From the NCBI GenBank assembly GCA_964019425.1, contig OZ025802.1:558001-622000 (forward strand): a stretch of 64,000 nt of DNA. Reading direction: 5' to 3'. This document shows, piece after piece, positions 25,396-37,173 of this stretch. Within the stretch, counting starts at the first letter, position 1. Each line of letters begins with the position of its first letter. The notes beneath the pieces are model-generated. The model saw only the letters and a program-made list of their open reading frames with translations, did not search any database and was not told the origin of the DNA. Made by a program: the position numbers and the translations under genes. The DNA is from Flectonema sp. DT1601 (Eukaryota).

Positions 25396-25686
25396 TATAT
25401 TGTGTAATCCTTGTGATATAAATAAGTAAAAAGGTTGGTTATCATAATAGAAATACAGTGAAATAATAAAAAGGACAGATACGTCCATTGGTAGGTACAT
25501 GATGCTTTTTTTTTTTTTTTTTTTTTTTTTTTTCCCCCGATTATATAAAATTATATAAACTACTTGATGTGACTCAAGAAAAAAGGTCAATTCATAAGTC
25601 AGGAACTTTTTTTTGGCCACATCATATCTTTTTAAAAAACCTCCGATCACGGAATGGTATAGCATAGTGATGCAAAGACAATACAA

Positions 25687-27006
25687 CTACAAGTGAATCA
25701 CGTGTGGAGGTTCTTCAGGAAGGTCAGCCATCTGCCAATCAATGTATCCTCTGGCTTGGTCAGACTCAGACCAGTTCTCGCATTCAGAGCTGGTTGCATC
25801 TTGCGGAACACGCGAAAAGGTTTGTAAGTTTTTTGAATATCCGATTCCATGACGGATTCGATTTGGTAGATCAGGATTACATATCGATGCGAATCCAAAC
25901 ATCACCATCTCTGAGTTATTTGAAATAATGTCTTCAACTGCTTCAGTCGGTTCCCTTAATGAGTATCCAGAAGAGATTATTGGTCCCTTAAATTCCTTTC
26001 TAAGAGCATCACGAAGTTCCTTCCACTTACCATACGATTCTACGTAGTCATCAGTAGCTGGGGCGTTTATTTGATTTTCGTATCGAAACCAAGTGGTGTA
26101 ATGATGTGCTTTCCTTTTATTCAATTCTCGTGCCATATATAAGTGAGTACGTAGATCATGTTTGTGAACGTCAACATTGCCGCCTACACTGTAGCCAAAT
26201 GAAAAGGATACACCAACGTTTCCTGACCCAAAGACTTCTGCCACAGCATCAAATACTGCCAATGGTAGACGAGCTCTATCTTCATTGGTGGCTCCGTATC
26301 TGTCATTTCTCGGATTTGTTGCTCTTAGTAGAAATTCGTGAAGGAGATTGCTACCAGCCATGCAGATGTTGCAGACGGTGCAACCTGCACGCTTTAGTCT
26401 TAAAGCCGATTGTTTGAATTCAGCGATTACCTGTTGAATGTGAAGGGCGGTCATCGCTACTGGTTTCGCAAAAGTACATTTCGCTCCATTCAACAGGAAC
26501 TGCTCTGGAGTAAAGCCATCCGGTAGTTCTGACGGTTGTGGAATTCCATCACACGATAGTGCTTCATCAGTGACAGTATCAGGGCAGAGTTTGCCACCGT
26601 GAGTTAGTTGTGGTATAAATAACGCATTGTTCTCTTTCGCAGTTGCAAACAATTCCTCGATAGTTTCTTCATGCTCGTCCGTGAACATACCACTAACTCT
26701 AGCACTGATACATCCTTGTTTAGAAACAGACATGGCTTCACCGAATACTACTGATCCCTCGGTCAATCTAATTTTAAAATACTCAATTTGCATTGGAGAC
26801 AAAGTATGATTTAAGAACTTGGCTCTGTTTGATGTCACTGGCGCTACACAAACTCTATGGGACGCTTTAAAATTTCCAATCTCAAAAGGATCAACTAAAG
26901 GATACCACGCCAAGGCTAGTTTAGCATTCGGTCTTACAATTTCTTTCGTCCCTGCTCCCTTTCGATATTTCCAGTCAAAATATGAACCACGAGCGCGTTT
27001 GGTCAT
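25687..27006 (-). CDS. Old Yellow Enzyme (NADH:flavin oxidoreductase) family homolog, catalytically degenerate, 439 aa
   Basis: OYE landmarks HRVCVAPVT, QLTHGG, TNPRNDRYG, NPDLPNRI and RGYIDW are present, but the active-site HxxN/H-x-Y is replaced (see findings). Confidence 0.85.
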   Translation of the reverse strand: MTKRARGSYFDWKYRKGAGTKEIVRPNAKLALAWYPLVDPFEIGNFKASHRVCVAPVTSNRAKFLNHTLSPMQIEYFKIRLTEGSVVFGEAMSVSKQGCISARVSGMFTDEHEETIEELFATAKENNALFIPQLTHGGKLCPDTVTDEALSCDGIPQPSELPDGFTPEQFLLNGAKCTFAKPVAMTALHIQQVIAEFKQSALRLKRAGCTVCNICMAGSNLLHEFLLRATNPRNDRYGATNEDRARLPLAVFDAVAEVFGSGNVGVSFSFGYSVGGNVDVHKHDLRTHLYMARELNKRKAHHYTTWFRYENQINAPATDDYVESYGKWKELRDALRKEFKGPIISSGYSLREPTEAVEDIISNNSEMVMFGFASICNPDLPNRIRHGIGYSKNLQTFSRVPQDATSSECENWSESDQARGYIDWQMADLPEEPPHVIHL

Positions 27007-28339
27007 GTTAGTTCTGTTTATTTATTGTTTTAGGGACTTTCTCAATTGCTTACATCAAACAAATAGTCTTTTCTCTGCCTACACCCAAAAAAGATTTTCG
27101 CTGTTCTTTTTGGTGGTGTACAACGGAGAAAAAATAAAGTTTTGGGTCAGCAACGGATAATTTTCCTTTATTTTATGGCAAGCCGCATTCTCAGATGAAA
27201 ACAAACAATCTGCTTGCCGTTGTCATAAGCAGGAACAGATCCAACCTATAAATAGCAAGCCCATCGTTAGCAATTCACTGCCGAAAAACAGTGCAATGTA
27301 CTTCAGAGTAAAAGAGCAAACAAAGAAACTAACATTTACAGCGTCGCTAACAGATAAAACAGACAAACTAACAGCATGCTACAGCTTAATGCGAAAACAG
27401 GATAGCCTCGATCAGGACTTATGTCCTAGGTAAAAGAACAGCCAAAAACTATTATTTCAACAACGTGAACGAGATCGTAGGGAACGAGGTCGTAGGCACC
27501 CAACACGAGAAATCAGAAAAAGTAGCACAAGGAACAAGTGCGGTTCCGCCCGACTGACAAATCAGATAGGTAGCAGCGTGAGATAAATTAACTTTGCAGA
27601 CACAGAAACTTCAGGACAACACAATACGATACTAAAAAAAGAAACAAAAAAGCAGAAAAGAAAAAAATAAAACATACAGAATAAGCTTGATCATTGTTTA
27701 ATATGCTTTTTTTTCTCTCTCTTGTGCTGTTACTTCTCACTGTTTGCTCATATGTTTTTAATGTAAAAGTCTGAGAAAATATATTTAAAATAAACTTCTC
27801 TACTGATTTATAAGTTACGTTCCAATCCCTCCGCCGGGTCATTTTAGTATTCATTACTTTAACATAACTGGTCAAACAAACTATGTTTTAAAAAAAAGAA
27901 AATTGGTATTTTTTTTTTTTTAATAAAAATAAAAATCATCAAGCATCACGTTGATAAAGGTGATTTAAACACCTACCCCCCCTCCCCTATTCTAGGGAGA
28001 AAACACTTCGTCGAGCTCCAAGAGACAACTTCACAAAAACCATTAAAAAAAATAGCCTAATAGCCTTGTACTCATTCTGATAACAGTGTGCTACCCAATA
28101 GCTTAGCCATTGATGTTTTTTTAGCCAGTACTTTCTAGCGAGCACTTAATTGTTTTTTGATTTCTAAAAAAACCAAAAAAAAAAAAAAACGAAAAAAATT
28201 AAAATTTACAACGATAAAAACATACTAAATAATATGCAAGTAGTCATCTGCAAGGAATAGCACTTGATGTGCTGGCATCGGTTGGTTCAATCTAACAGTC
28301 GCTTAATAGACAAGGTTAGTGGTTACTCAGAAAGAATGG

Positions 28340-28376
<37 letters not shown>

Positions 28377-28455
28377 GCAACAAAAGAACAGGTAGACCTG
28401 ATAACACCAAAGACATACAAACAGTCCTTTCTAGAAGAAAAAGACCCAACTTCCT

Positions 28456-29722
28456 CTATGATCTTGGTGGGTATGGAGAGTACTTTTCAGCCCCAGGTGG
28501 AGGTTGTTCAAATCGTCTTCCCTTTCCTCCTTTCCCACTGGCATCCACTTCTGGAGGAGGAGCTCCAGCAGGAGCCATTGCAGAATAGTCAAAAGCTGGC
28601 TGTGGAATAGAACCATCACTAAGAGTTGAACCATCAACAGGAGGAGCGTAATAAGCGTTCGGGTCAAAGCCAGTTGGAGCAAACGCAGCGGCTGCCGACG
28701 GATCATTCATATCTGGAACTTGCATACCCATCGAGGCATAGTATGAAGCATATTGAGAAGGATCATACATTCCATACATGCCGTACATGTTATTTCCATA
28801 CATTGGAGCAGAGTAGGACATTCCTGCGTACGGATCCTGAAGAAGGGCCGCGGCCGCAGCAGCCGCGGCTTTCGCTGTCTTTTCCGCTCCCTGAGGAACA
28901 TAGCCCGCGCCTTTACAGTCGGTGGCCCACTGCCGTCCCTGTTGCTGTACACCGACAGAAAATTCGACGTCTTGTCCTTCAATTAAAGATCCATAACCAA
29001 TTCCCTTTGTGTGACAAAAGATGTCTTTGCCTGACTCATGCTGAATAAATCCATAACCTTTGTCATCCAACCACTGCTTTACAATACCCCTATGACCAGC
29101 ACCCAGCGGCAATGGAGGTGCCATAGTCTTCTCCATCGGTACGGATTTGTCAGGCATCGTTACACCAGGTCCGGTGACGTTTAGGGCCCTGTTTTTTTAA
29201 TAATTTTTTTCCACGTTTTTTTTTTTTTTTTCACACGTCCCGCCATTGTCAGCGAAAATATCGTTTGGCACATTCTATCGTATCTTCCCAGACAGCGAAC
29301 CCCCAACAGTACAAAGCTGAAGAGGAATTGAAGAATGGGTTAATCATGTCTATCAATAATTTTTTGGGTCACAGACTGTGAAGCAGGCTACTCAAAAGAA
29401 CAAAATAATAAAAAGAAGTAAATGCATACCAAGTCTTACCACCCTTTTGTGTTGCTACTGTGTAGAAGACAGCAAGTCCTGGTGTTAGTGCGATCCCGTC
29501 ATTTGGCTTTGAGTGGCAAAATACATCTTTGCCGTCCTCACCGGTAATGAATCCGTAGCTCTTATCAGAATACCACAACTTCACAACCCCTTTTAGGTGT
29601 CCTGGTGGACACATGGCGATAACTTTCTTTAAAGCTTGCTCAGCCTGTTCGGCTAAGTCTTCTTCCTCATCTTCTCTTACGATCTCTTCTTCTGGTGGGT
29701 AGGCGACTGTTGGTACGCTCAT
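28456..29722 (-). CDS. Two-cold-shock-domain RNA-binding protein, ~341 aa; exons 29722-29430, 29188-28456
   Basis: CSD motifs KGVVKLWYSDKSYGFI...DVFCH and GIVKQWLDDKGYGFI...DIFCH. Intron 29189-29429 (GTATGC...AAACAG) gives an in-frame W-ALNVTGPG. Confidence 0.87.
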
Positions 29723-29774
29723 TTGGTTGCGCACGTCAGTTAATTTGCTTTAATCAGGGGTGGAGAAAAGTATG

Positions 29775-29809
<35 letters not shown>

Positions 29810-30225
29810 AAAAAAAACCTTGGGCTAAGACAAACCATTTATTTCACCTATCGAGATGCCACGACATGCAGATTTCCTGTGTTTCGGTACTGTGGTTTCA
29901 AGAACCCTTTTAATCACCAGGAATTCATTTAATAGGTTTACTTCACTTTCGGTCTTGAAAAAATGAGGGGGGAAGAAAGTAAAGTTCCAAGCCTCTAATA
30001 TGATAGTAATTAACAGTAATAGTTAACAGAAAAATCGATAAATTACACACGACACAATACACATATTCTTGTTTCTCTTTCTCTTTTTGAATCCCTGTGT
30101 TGCTGTACAGTGCGATTTTTCAAAGGTAACGAAAAAAAAAACGAAAAAAAACCATTCAGATTAGCCTTATATTTCGTTGAACGACTGAATACGTTTCTTC
30201 TCCGACTACTTCGGTACAAAAAAAG

Positions 30226-30230
<5 letters not shown>

Positions 30231-30260
<30 letters not shown>
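30231..30260. repeat. (GA)n microsatellite
   Basis: About 15 GA units read directly. Confidence 0.9.
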
Positions 30261-30264
<4 letters not shown>

Positions 30265-31388
30265 AAAGAAAAATACAGAGGCAAATCAGTGTAACATACC
30301 ACCTCTCCAGCTAGCAGATCAGTGAGGTAACAAAAACAGAACTCAAAACTAAAGAAAAATAGTCAGAGATAGTAATATGAGAAGGTAGGTAACAGATTCA
30401 ATCAAGGAAAGCAAACCTGTAAAATGATCCATCAAAGCTCGGTAAGAAAAGAAAAACTGGCTGATATAAAACACACATGATGATAACACCAAAACGGATC
30501 TGACATAATATTTTGTTTGTGCACCGAACTGAGTAGTTCAGTCAGTTTGAATTTCGCTTATAAAACATGTCTTCGATATTTAAAAAATAAAGAACACGAA
30601 AAACCACTTACCGAACTCTTGTTTTTTTTTTTTTTTTGTTGTGGCTATTTAAAACAATGATGCAAAAAAAAAAAAAAATAAATAAAATAATAATAAAAAT
30701 CGAACAAAAAAACAAAAAAAAAAAACCTGTTATGAGAAATGTAGCTTGTTCGATAATTAAAGAACACGCTTTGAGAAAATTTCATTAAATAAACTCAACC
30801 AAAAACTCACCAAACAAAAATACCTGCGCCGAATAATACAGAAAACTCTCTCTTAAATTCAATCAAATTATCCAACCGAACTTAGTGTACTAAAACAAAA
30901 ATCAATTTCGAAAAATCCTGTAATGAAGAAATGTAAATTTGCGCTCCGTTAGAAAAAAAAAAAAATACTTTGAGAACTTAAATTTGAAAAAAACAATCTT
31001 TCCTTTTGAACACTAAAATTCTTTTGACAGCCATTTTTGTTTACAAAAAAAAAAAAACTTGGAAGTCAAAAAACACTAAAAAAAAAATGACTATAATTCG
31101 GTACCATTAACATGAATCAGCTGCGCAAGATCGATTCTGTGTATCAACACTTTTTCGGACGAAAAGCTTTGTGATTCATTCGGAATTGTGGTTACTTAAT
31201 TATTGATATATACACTACTGTTCTATTCCTTTCATGATTTAAAGCAGTAGCGTTTTAACTTCTTGAACATGAAAAAAAAAAACTTCGAAGACATCCCTTT
31301 TGTGCACAACAAAAGAATATAAATTAAGCGCAGAAAGAAAGAAAGAAAATGGACCTGAAGTGTAGTCATCTTCATCCATCACCAATAC

Positions 31389-32544
31389 CTAGTAAGGAGA
31401 GTAGTATGACGAGTACTGCTCAACAGGGTCTGGGTGAGCCTGCATAGGTTGGGCCATCATACCACCGTATCCGTAGGCATCAGGGGCTGCGTAAGAAGAG
31501 TAGCCTCCGTAACCTGTTGTGTGAAGGGTAGTGATACCTCTTTAGTAGAATAGATATATAAGAAATTATTACATACCGGCAGTCTGGTATCCTTGTTGTT
31601 GTGGGACTGCAGTCATGCCAGATGCTGGAGGTGCAGCAACTCCTGATGGAACGAATCCTGGTCCTGAAAGGTTCACAGCCCTGTTTGATTTATATATAGT
31701 CGCGGAAAAGGGTTCACAACATGAACAGATGATAACAATAAACATACCATGGTTGTCCGTTTGCCTGTGATTCAACAGTGTAGTTTACTTCACTACCTTC
31801 CATGCAGATTCCATTAATTCCCTTATGGTGAACGAAGAGATCTTTGGCTCCCTCAGCTGTTGAGATAAAACCATATCCCTTATCAGTGTACCACTTCTTA
31901 ACAATACCAGTTCCACCTGATCCTGGCATTGGGAGAGGGGCGTTTGAGATGGCTGGAGGAAGGCCAAAGTCACCCTTTGACCCAGACTTCTTTCCTTTCT
32001 TACCTTCCTTACCATATCCCTTAAAGCCGTCCTTTCCAAATCCCTTACCCTTTCCGTCTTTTCCTCCCTTCTTACCTCCCTTCTTACCGTCCTTTCCCTT
32101 CTTTCCCTTACCCTTTCCGTATCCCATACCGTCGTCCCATGGTTGTCTCTCGCCTCTCATCTGCGGAGGTCCAACACCCATACCGGAAACGTTAGTTGCC
32201 CATGGCTTACCGTTGTCTTGTAATTCTACTTCATAGTAAACCTGTCCTCCCTGAATAAGAGTTTGACCTCCATTTTGTTTAGCAAGGTAGAACATGTCTG
32301 TTCCATCTTCGTTAGCAATGAAACCATAGCCTCTGCCGTCATCCCACTTCTTTACAGTCCCAACTTTTTGACCACTAGCTGGCTGTGGTGGAGGGATAAC
32401 CATTCCTTGTTGCTGTTGTGGGATAATTCCATACTCCTGTCCAGGGATAGGTTGCTGACCATTCCACGAATCGACAGGTGCCATTGTTGATGGCTCGATT
32501 GGCTGACCCATGTTTGGGTCCACTACTGGAGCACCGTAGTCCAT
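31389..32544 (-). CDS. Two-cold-shock-domain RNA-binding protein with KG-rich linker, ~341 aa; exons 32544-31748, 31680-31577, 31513-31389
   Basis: CSD motifs GTVKKWDDGRGYGFI and GIVKKWYTDKGYGFI...DLFVH. Introns 31681-31747 and 31514-31576. The last exon ends ...YSSYYSPY*. Confidence 0.87.
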
Positions 32545-34060
32545 ATTATGGTTTTTTTTATAATATCTAATGGGAGGGTGAATGTAACGTATAAAGCTAT
32601 TAACACAGTTCATCTGTTCTTTCATCAAAAGCATGTCGGTTGTTTTTAAAAAATTATTATGCACATTCAAATGTACAAAAGAAAAAAAAAAAAACCAGAA
32701 CATGTTATAGAAGAACTAAAGTATTAAGAGAGAACCAAGAAAAAAAAATAATAATAATAATATTATTATTGTCTGCAGTTTCAATTTTTTGTTTGTCATC
32801 GCTTTTTGCACTGCCTATTTTAATTTATATGTAGTCAATACAATCATGTGAATTATTGAAAGAAAAAAAGTGAGAAAAAAAAAAGAATTGAGGATCACCC
32901 CCAATGGGCATGTATTTATTCTCAATAAACAAAAACAACACAAAAACACTTCTGTCAAAAGAGATATGAATTCATCGCAATGAAAAAAGCTGTTATAGGT
33001 TTTGAGTGTGTGGTTGAGCCATCTAAAGCGGATACACTACTGTAACCTAAACAATCCTGTTTTTTTATATTTATATAAAAAAAAAAAAATAAAAAAAAAA
33101 TGAAAGCGGGGGTAGGAATGGAATAAGATTTTCGCTGTATATTGGAAACAAGCATTTGTTTAAAACACCAAAAAACATTCTTTTCATATTTTTTTTTAGA
33201 AGAGAAAAAAAAATCAAAAGAACTTTTTTTCCTCTTGAGGATTTTCTTTTCTATATACAACTCTACTATAAAAAAGTAGTAGAATATTTGCTGTAAGAAC
33301 AATGAGATTCTATGCTACGCAGCCCACAAACGAAGACAGAGCTGAATACCGAAAGGACAATAGAAAACGACAGGACTGAGAACAATAGTCTCAACCCGAT
33401 CACGTGTGAAGAAATTCAATCCGAGGGCTTTTTCTTTTTCTTTTTATTATTCTAACAGCCAGCTTGAAACAAGAGATATTCACCCAACAGGGTGTATTTC
33501 GTATATTCGCATCGAAAAGGCAAAAAAAAAAAAAAAAAAAAAAAGGGGGTATATAAGGTAAAAAAAAGTTCCTAGACAGAGTCGAGTCTTTTTCTCTCTC
33601 ACGATCTAACGATTCGCAACGTATTAGGAATCAACTGAAATTGATACTCAGGCTTACCCCACGACAATTCTGATTGTTCAGTTGAAGAAGAGAATAAAAT
33701 AAAAAAAAAAAGTTTTTTTCTCTGCAGGAAAAACTGTCTTGACTCACCCTACTGTCACTTGCACACAACGTAGCAAAAATAGAAAAGAAAGAAAAAAAAT
33801 CAGGGAAAGACGGAAAAAATGTGTACGAGAGATTTCGCAATAACGGGGACATGCATCCTCCCTCATAGCAGATGGATAAGATCTATACTGGAATCGCAAC
33901 TTTGCTCGTTTTTTTCCTCTATGCACATCACACTCAATGAATCTAACGGGTTAGTTCCCATACTTGACCCAATGATATTACTGATGCTTAACCGACCACA
34001 AATGGAAGGAGAGAATACTTAGAGTAATAATAAGTAGATATATCCAAAAATAATAATGAA

Positions 34061-34208
34061 ACGATCATACTGGGGGATAACTATTCGACTTTGTACGTAA
34101 AATACAAATGTATTGTATCATAAAACAACATAACAATAATTTAACATTAGTTTTTAGATACAGTTGACTAAAGGTAATGTTAGTGGGGTATACGATCATG
34201 CTGGGGGA
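34061..34208. repeat. Dispersed ~130-bp element, copy 2, bounded by the direct repeat ACGATCATRCTGGGGGA
   Basis: GTAAAATACAAATGTATTGTATC...GATACAGTTGACTA. 17-nt direct repeats with 1 mismatch at 34061-34077 and 34192-34208. Confidence 0.75.
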
Positions 34209-35241
34209 AGAGATCTGGATGAGTTCTTTATAACTGAAGTCTGAAAAGTTTCGATTCAGATTAATGAAATCTGTGGATTCACATAAAAGTGAGACTCCAA
34301 CTTATTGATTATAAGAAGAGTTAGAAAGTTTATCATCCATTCAGATTGAACATCCGTAGACAGCTCCTTGACAAGACGGTTGGTCTCAACCCAGTTGCTC
34401 AGTAGAGCCCTGCCCTTGATCATGGACTATATCGATGCCCTCTCTCCTGGAGTAGGAAGGAAACGCTGTGGACAAGAAACCTGTTGTTGCTTTGCTAACC
34501 TTCCACAGAGTTTGCTTACAACAACAAGGTACGCTATTATGAGACAAATACAGTAGATCTCATTTGAGAGATCCTATGAGAAAAGAAACTTCATAAAAAT
34601 AAAATCAACAACCCAACAAACAAACAGAATCGTATCTAAAGAATAAAAAATTAAAAAGAAAAAAAGGGGGACAATCATAAAGCCATGTCTCCGATGCAAA
34701 TAAACAACATTGTTGTAGCGTACCTTAAAAGCAATGGCAGCAATCTACAATAATTTAGTGTCGTGATTATTTGATTTTATCTGGATTCCAATTGTTGATA
34801 ACTTTCATTTAATAATATTATGAACACTTCTCAAGTTTAGTTCAAATACTGAAAAAGAAAAAAATACACACGACATGAGCAAAAACAACGAGTTTTACGT
34901 TCACCTAGTGTTTTAACTCATGTTTTTTTTTTTTTTTTTTTTTTTCAGTATCAAGAAAACAAAATAGCAGTCAGCAAAAACGGATCAAAAAAAAAAAAAA
35001 AAAAAATAATAATAATTCCTCCTCTAGCAGCAGCTACACAAAAGACTGCGAGTATCTCTGGAAACCAAGAACTGAGTCAATAAGCAAGCTGCATCTACGA
35101 TAGTTTTTTTTCTTATTTTTTAAGGAGTGATAATGGTTACCCGCACCACAATATGATTTCCTGATCTATCAATTTTATGGTACAGCCACCGTGAAGAGCA
35201 TTCGAAAACTCGAATGAAATACACCATACAAGATAGCTTTA

Positions 35242-35242
<1 letters not shown>

Positions 35243-35272
<30 letters not shown>
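35243..35272. repeat. (AAT)n microsatellite
   Basis: About 9-10 TAA units read directly. Confidence 0.85.
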
Positions 35273-35275
<3 letters not shown>

Positions 35276-35358
35276 TAGATGCGGTGGATTAAAATAATTT
35301 ACTTAGCCATAAAGTAACAATTAGAGTTTTTTTTTAAAAAAAAAGTGGGAAAAAGAAG

Positions 35359-35550
35359 GAGAGTTGAAATGCTTGATTTTTTTTTTGTAAAATACAACTG
35401 TTTTTGTATCCCCTTATTAACATAAAAACGATAATTTAACAATCTGTTAAGGATACAGTGAACTATGGTGATGCTTAACTTAGCCTTTTAAAGTAACCAT
35501 GAGGTTTCGAGAGTAAAATATATACCTCTTTACCTCTATTCTCTCATCAG
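35359..35550. repeat. Dispersed ~130-bp element, copy 3
   Basis: 58 nt identical to copy 1. The 3' extension GCCTTTTAAAGTAACCAT...CCTCTT(T)ACCTCTATT is shared with the copy at ~50.8 kb. Confidence 0.85.
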
Positions 35551-36511
35551 TTATGGTGTAGAATAATTGGTGTAAAAAGGAGAAAATGGGGTATTAAAAA
35601 TTTTTGGTTGCTTAAGTTCCAGAAAGTAAGTCTAGCGGACTTGCTACTTGGAAATTATCAGTTTAGGTTTTTTTTTGTGATATGCTAATAATTAGTTAGT
35701 GACAAAGAAAGAAAAAAAAAAAAAGGTCAATGTTAGTTTGAACAATTCAAAAGCAAAATAATTATAATTATTATTTCTATGCTCAAAATTATCAAAACCG
35801 CTTCGGATGCCTTCTTTTTTTTTCTTCCCTTTTTTTTCTTTTTTTCGACAGGAAGAAAAATGATTTTGCAAAAAAAAAAAAAAAAAAAAAAAAAGTGAAA
35901 ACTGTTTCAGTGATCTACAATCACAGCGAAATATTTTCGCTTAATATTCTACCCATCCGCACCGTCAGCCAATGAGTTTCATGTTGTTGTTTTTATCAAC
36001 CGATGTACAAAAAAAAAAAAAAAATAATTATAGTAACGAACAAGTCATGTTAGTCAGTTAGCAAGTCCATAACTGATGACTTCAGGTCATCAGTAGAGAA
36101 CTTAATCATATGGAGATTGTGTTTTTATAGCTTTGCTCGGCCGAAATTGATATCAGTCTACCTTACTCGGGTTAACAGAATTATTCATAACGGCACTTCG
36201 CAAAATTTTACAAAAAAATAATCGACACCTCACAATAATACATAAACATATAATACTTCGGGTTATCGTTTTTTTTTTTTTTTCCATTTTTTTTTTTTTT
36301 TTTGTTTGTTTGTTTTTTGTTTTTTTTTTTGCAAAGATTAAAAGAAAACGTCGTAGTCCCATATATGTCGGGATGCCTACTAAATATAATTTTTTGGGGG
36401 AGTTATGTGAACTGACTAAGTATTTAAAAACCATTAGGAGTTTGGAAGGGTTAATTATCCACCAATTAGAAGGAGAAAAAAAAAGAAAAACAACTAATTA
36501 CCTCATATCCA

Positions 36512-36584
36512 GGAGCCTTGATGAGGAACCCAGCTGGTTAAACTAAACCAGCAGTGGAGAGTATGTAGTAGTCTGAATGGCTCC
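36512..36584 (+). ncRNA. Candidate box C/D snoRNA-like element
   Basis: GGAGCC (36512-17), TGATGA (36519-24), CTGA (36573-76), GGCTCC (36579-84): box C and box D closed by a 6-bp terminal stem, with an internal 7-bp hairpin. It lies on the strand opposite to all genes. Confidence 0.25.
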
Positions 36585-37173
36585 GTAAAACGGAGACCGT
36601 CAGTATTCACTTTTTTTTTGACTGCGCAAACAACACAAATGATAAAATTAAAAAAAAAAGAAACCGGGTTTTTAACTACAAACTAACACAGAAAAAAATC
36701 GTAATATAACACAGGTTTTGATGTTTTTTTTTGTTTGTGCACGAAACCGTGATCCGACTTAAAAATGAAAAAATAAAAAAAACTGTCATAATTCGCCATT
36801 CATTCAGACCGCTACTACATAATACCGACACGAGCCTATGCGGAGCGGATATAGCAGAAGACATCGACTAAAAGAAAACGACAATAAAATAAATAAAAAA
36901 AAACTCATATCATAAAATGAAAAAATATAAAACCCCACGACATTGCATTAGCTGTGAAGCTTAACGCACTTAAAGGAAACAAAAATATTAAATTTAAAAC
37001 TTACAAAAAAACAAGATCGGTCTAAGCCTTTGCTCATTTCAATATGTTTTTGGTAACCTGATTATTAGATTGCCTTTTTCAGGCGTCGTTCCATGTACGG
37101 TTTACGAAGTAGGGAAAGAGTCACTTGAGAAGCTTCTCAGTAACGGGGGCTGACATTTTAGCAAAAGTTCAAA

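Noticed and set aside
25396..25686. N-terminal 97 aa of the ORF-track kinase (likewise the extensions at 32545-32703, 23948-24004 and 6861-6932)
   Set aside because: Intergenic or intronic sequence read in frame by chance; better ATGs or splice acceptors lie downstream.
27007..27013. AACTAAC before the OYE ATG as a spliced-leader remnant
   Set aside because: Only 7 nt, and no SL 3' core (CAGTTTCTGTACT) was found here or elsewhere in the window.
36072..36094. CTGATGA-containing perfect 9-bp hairpin as a hammerhead ribozyme
   Set aside because: The CUGAUGA is itself paired in the stem, and there is no stem II-GAAA-stem III-UH arrangement on either strand.
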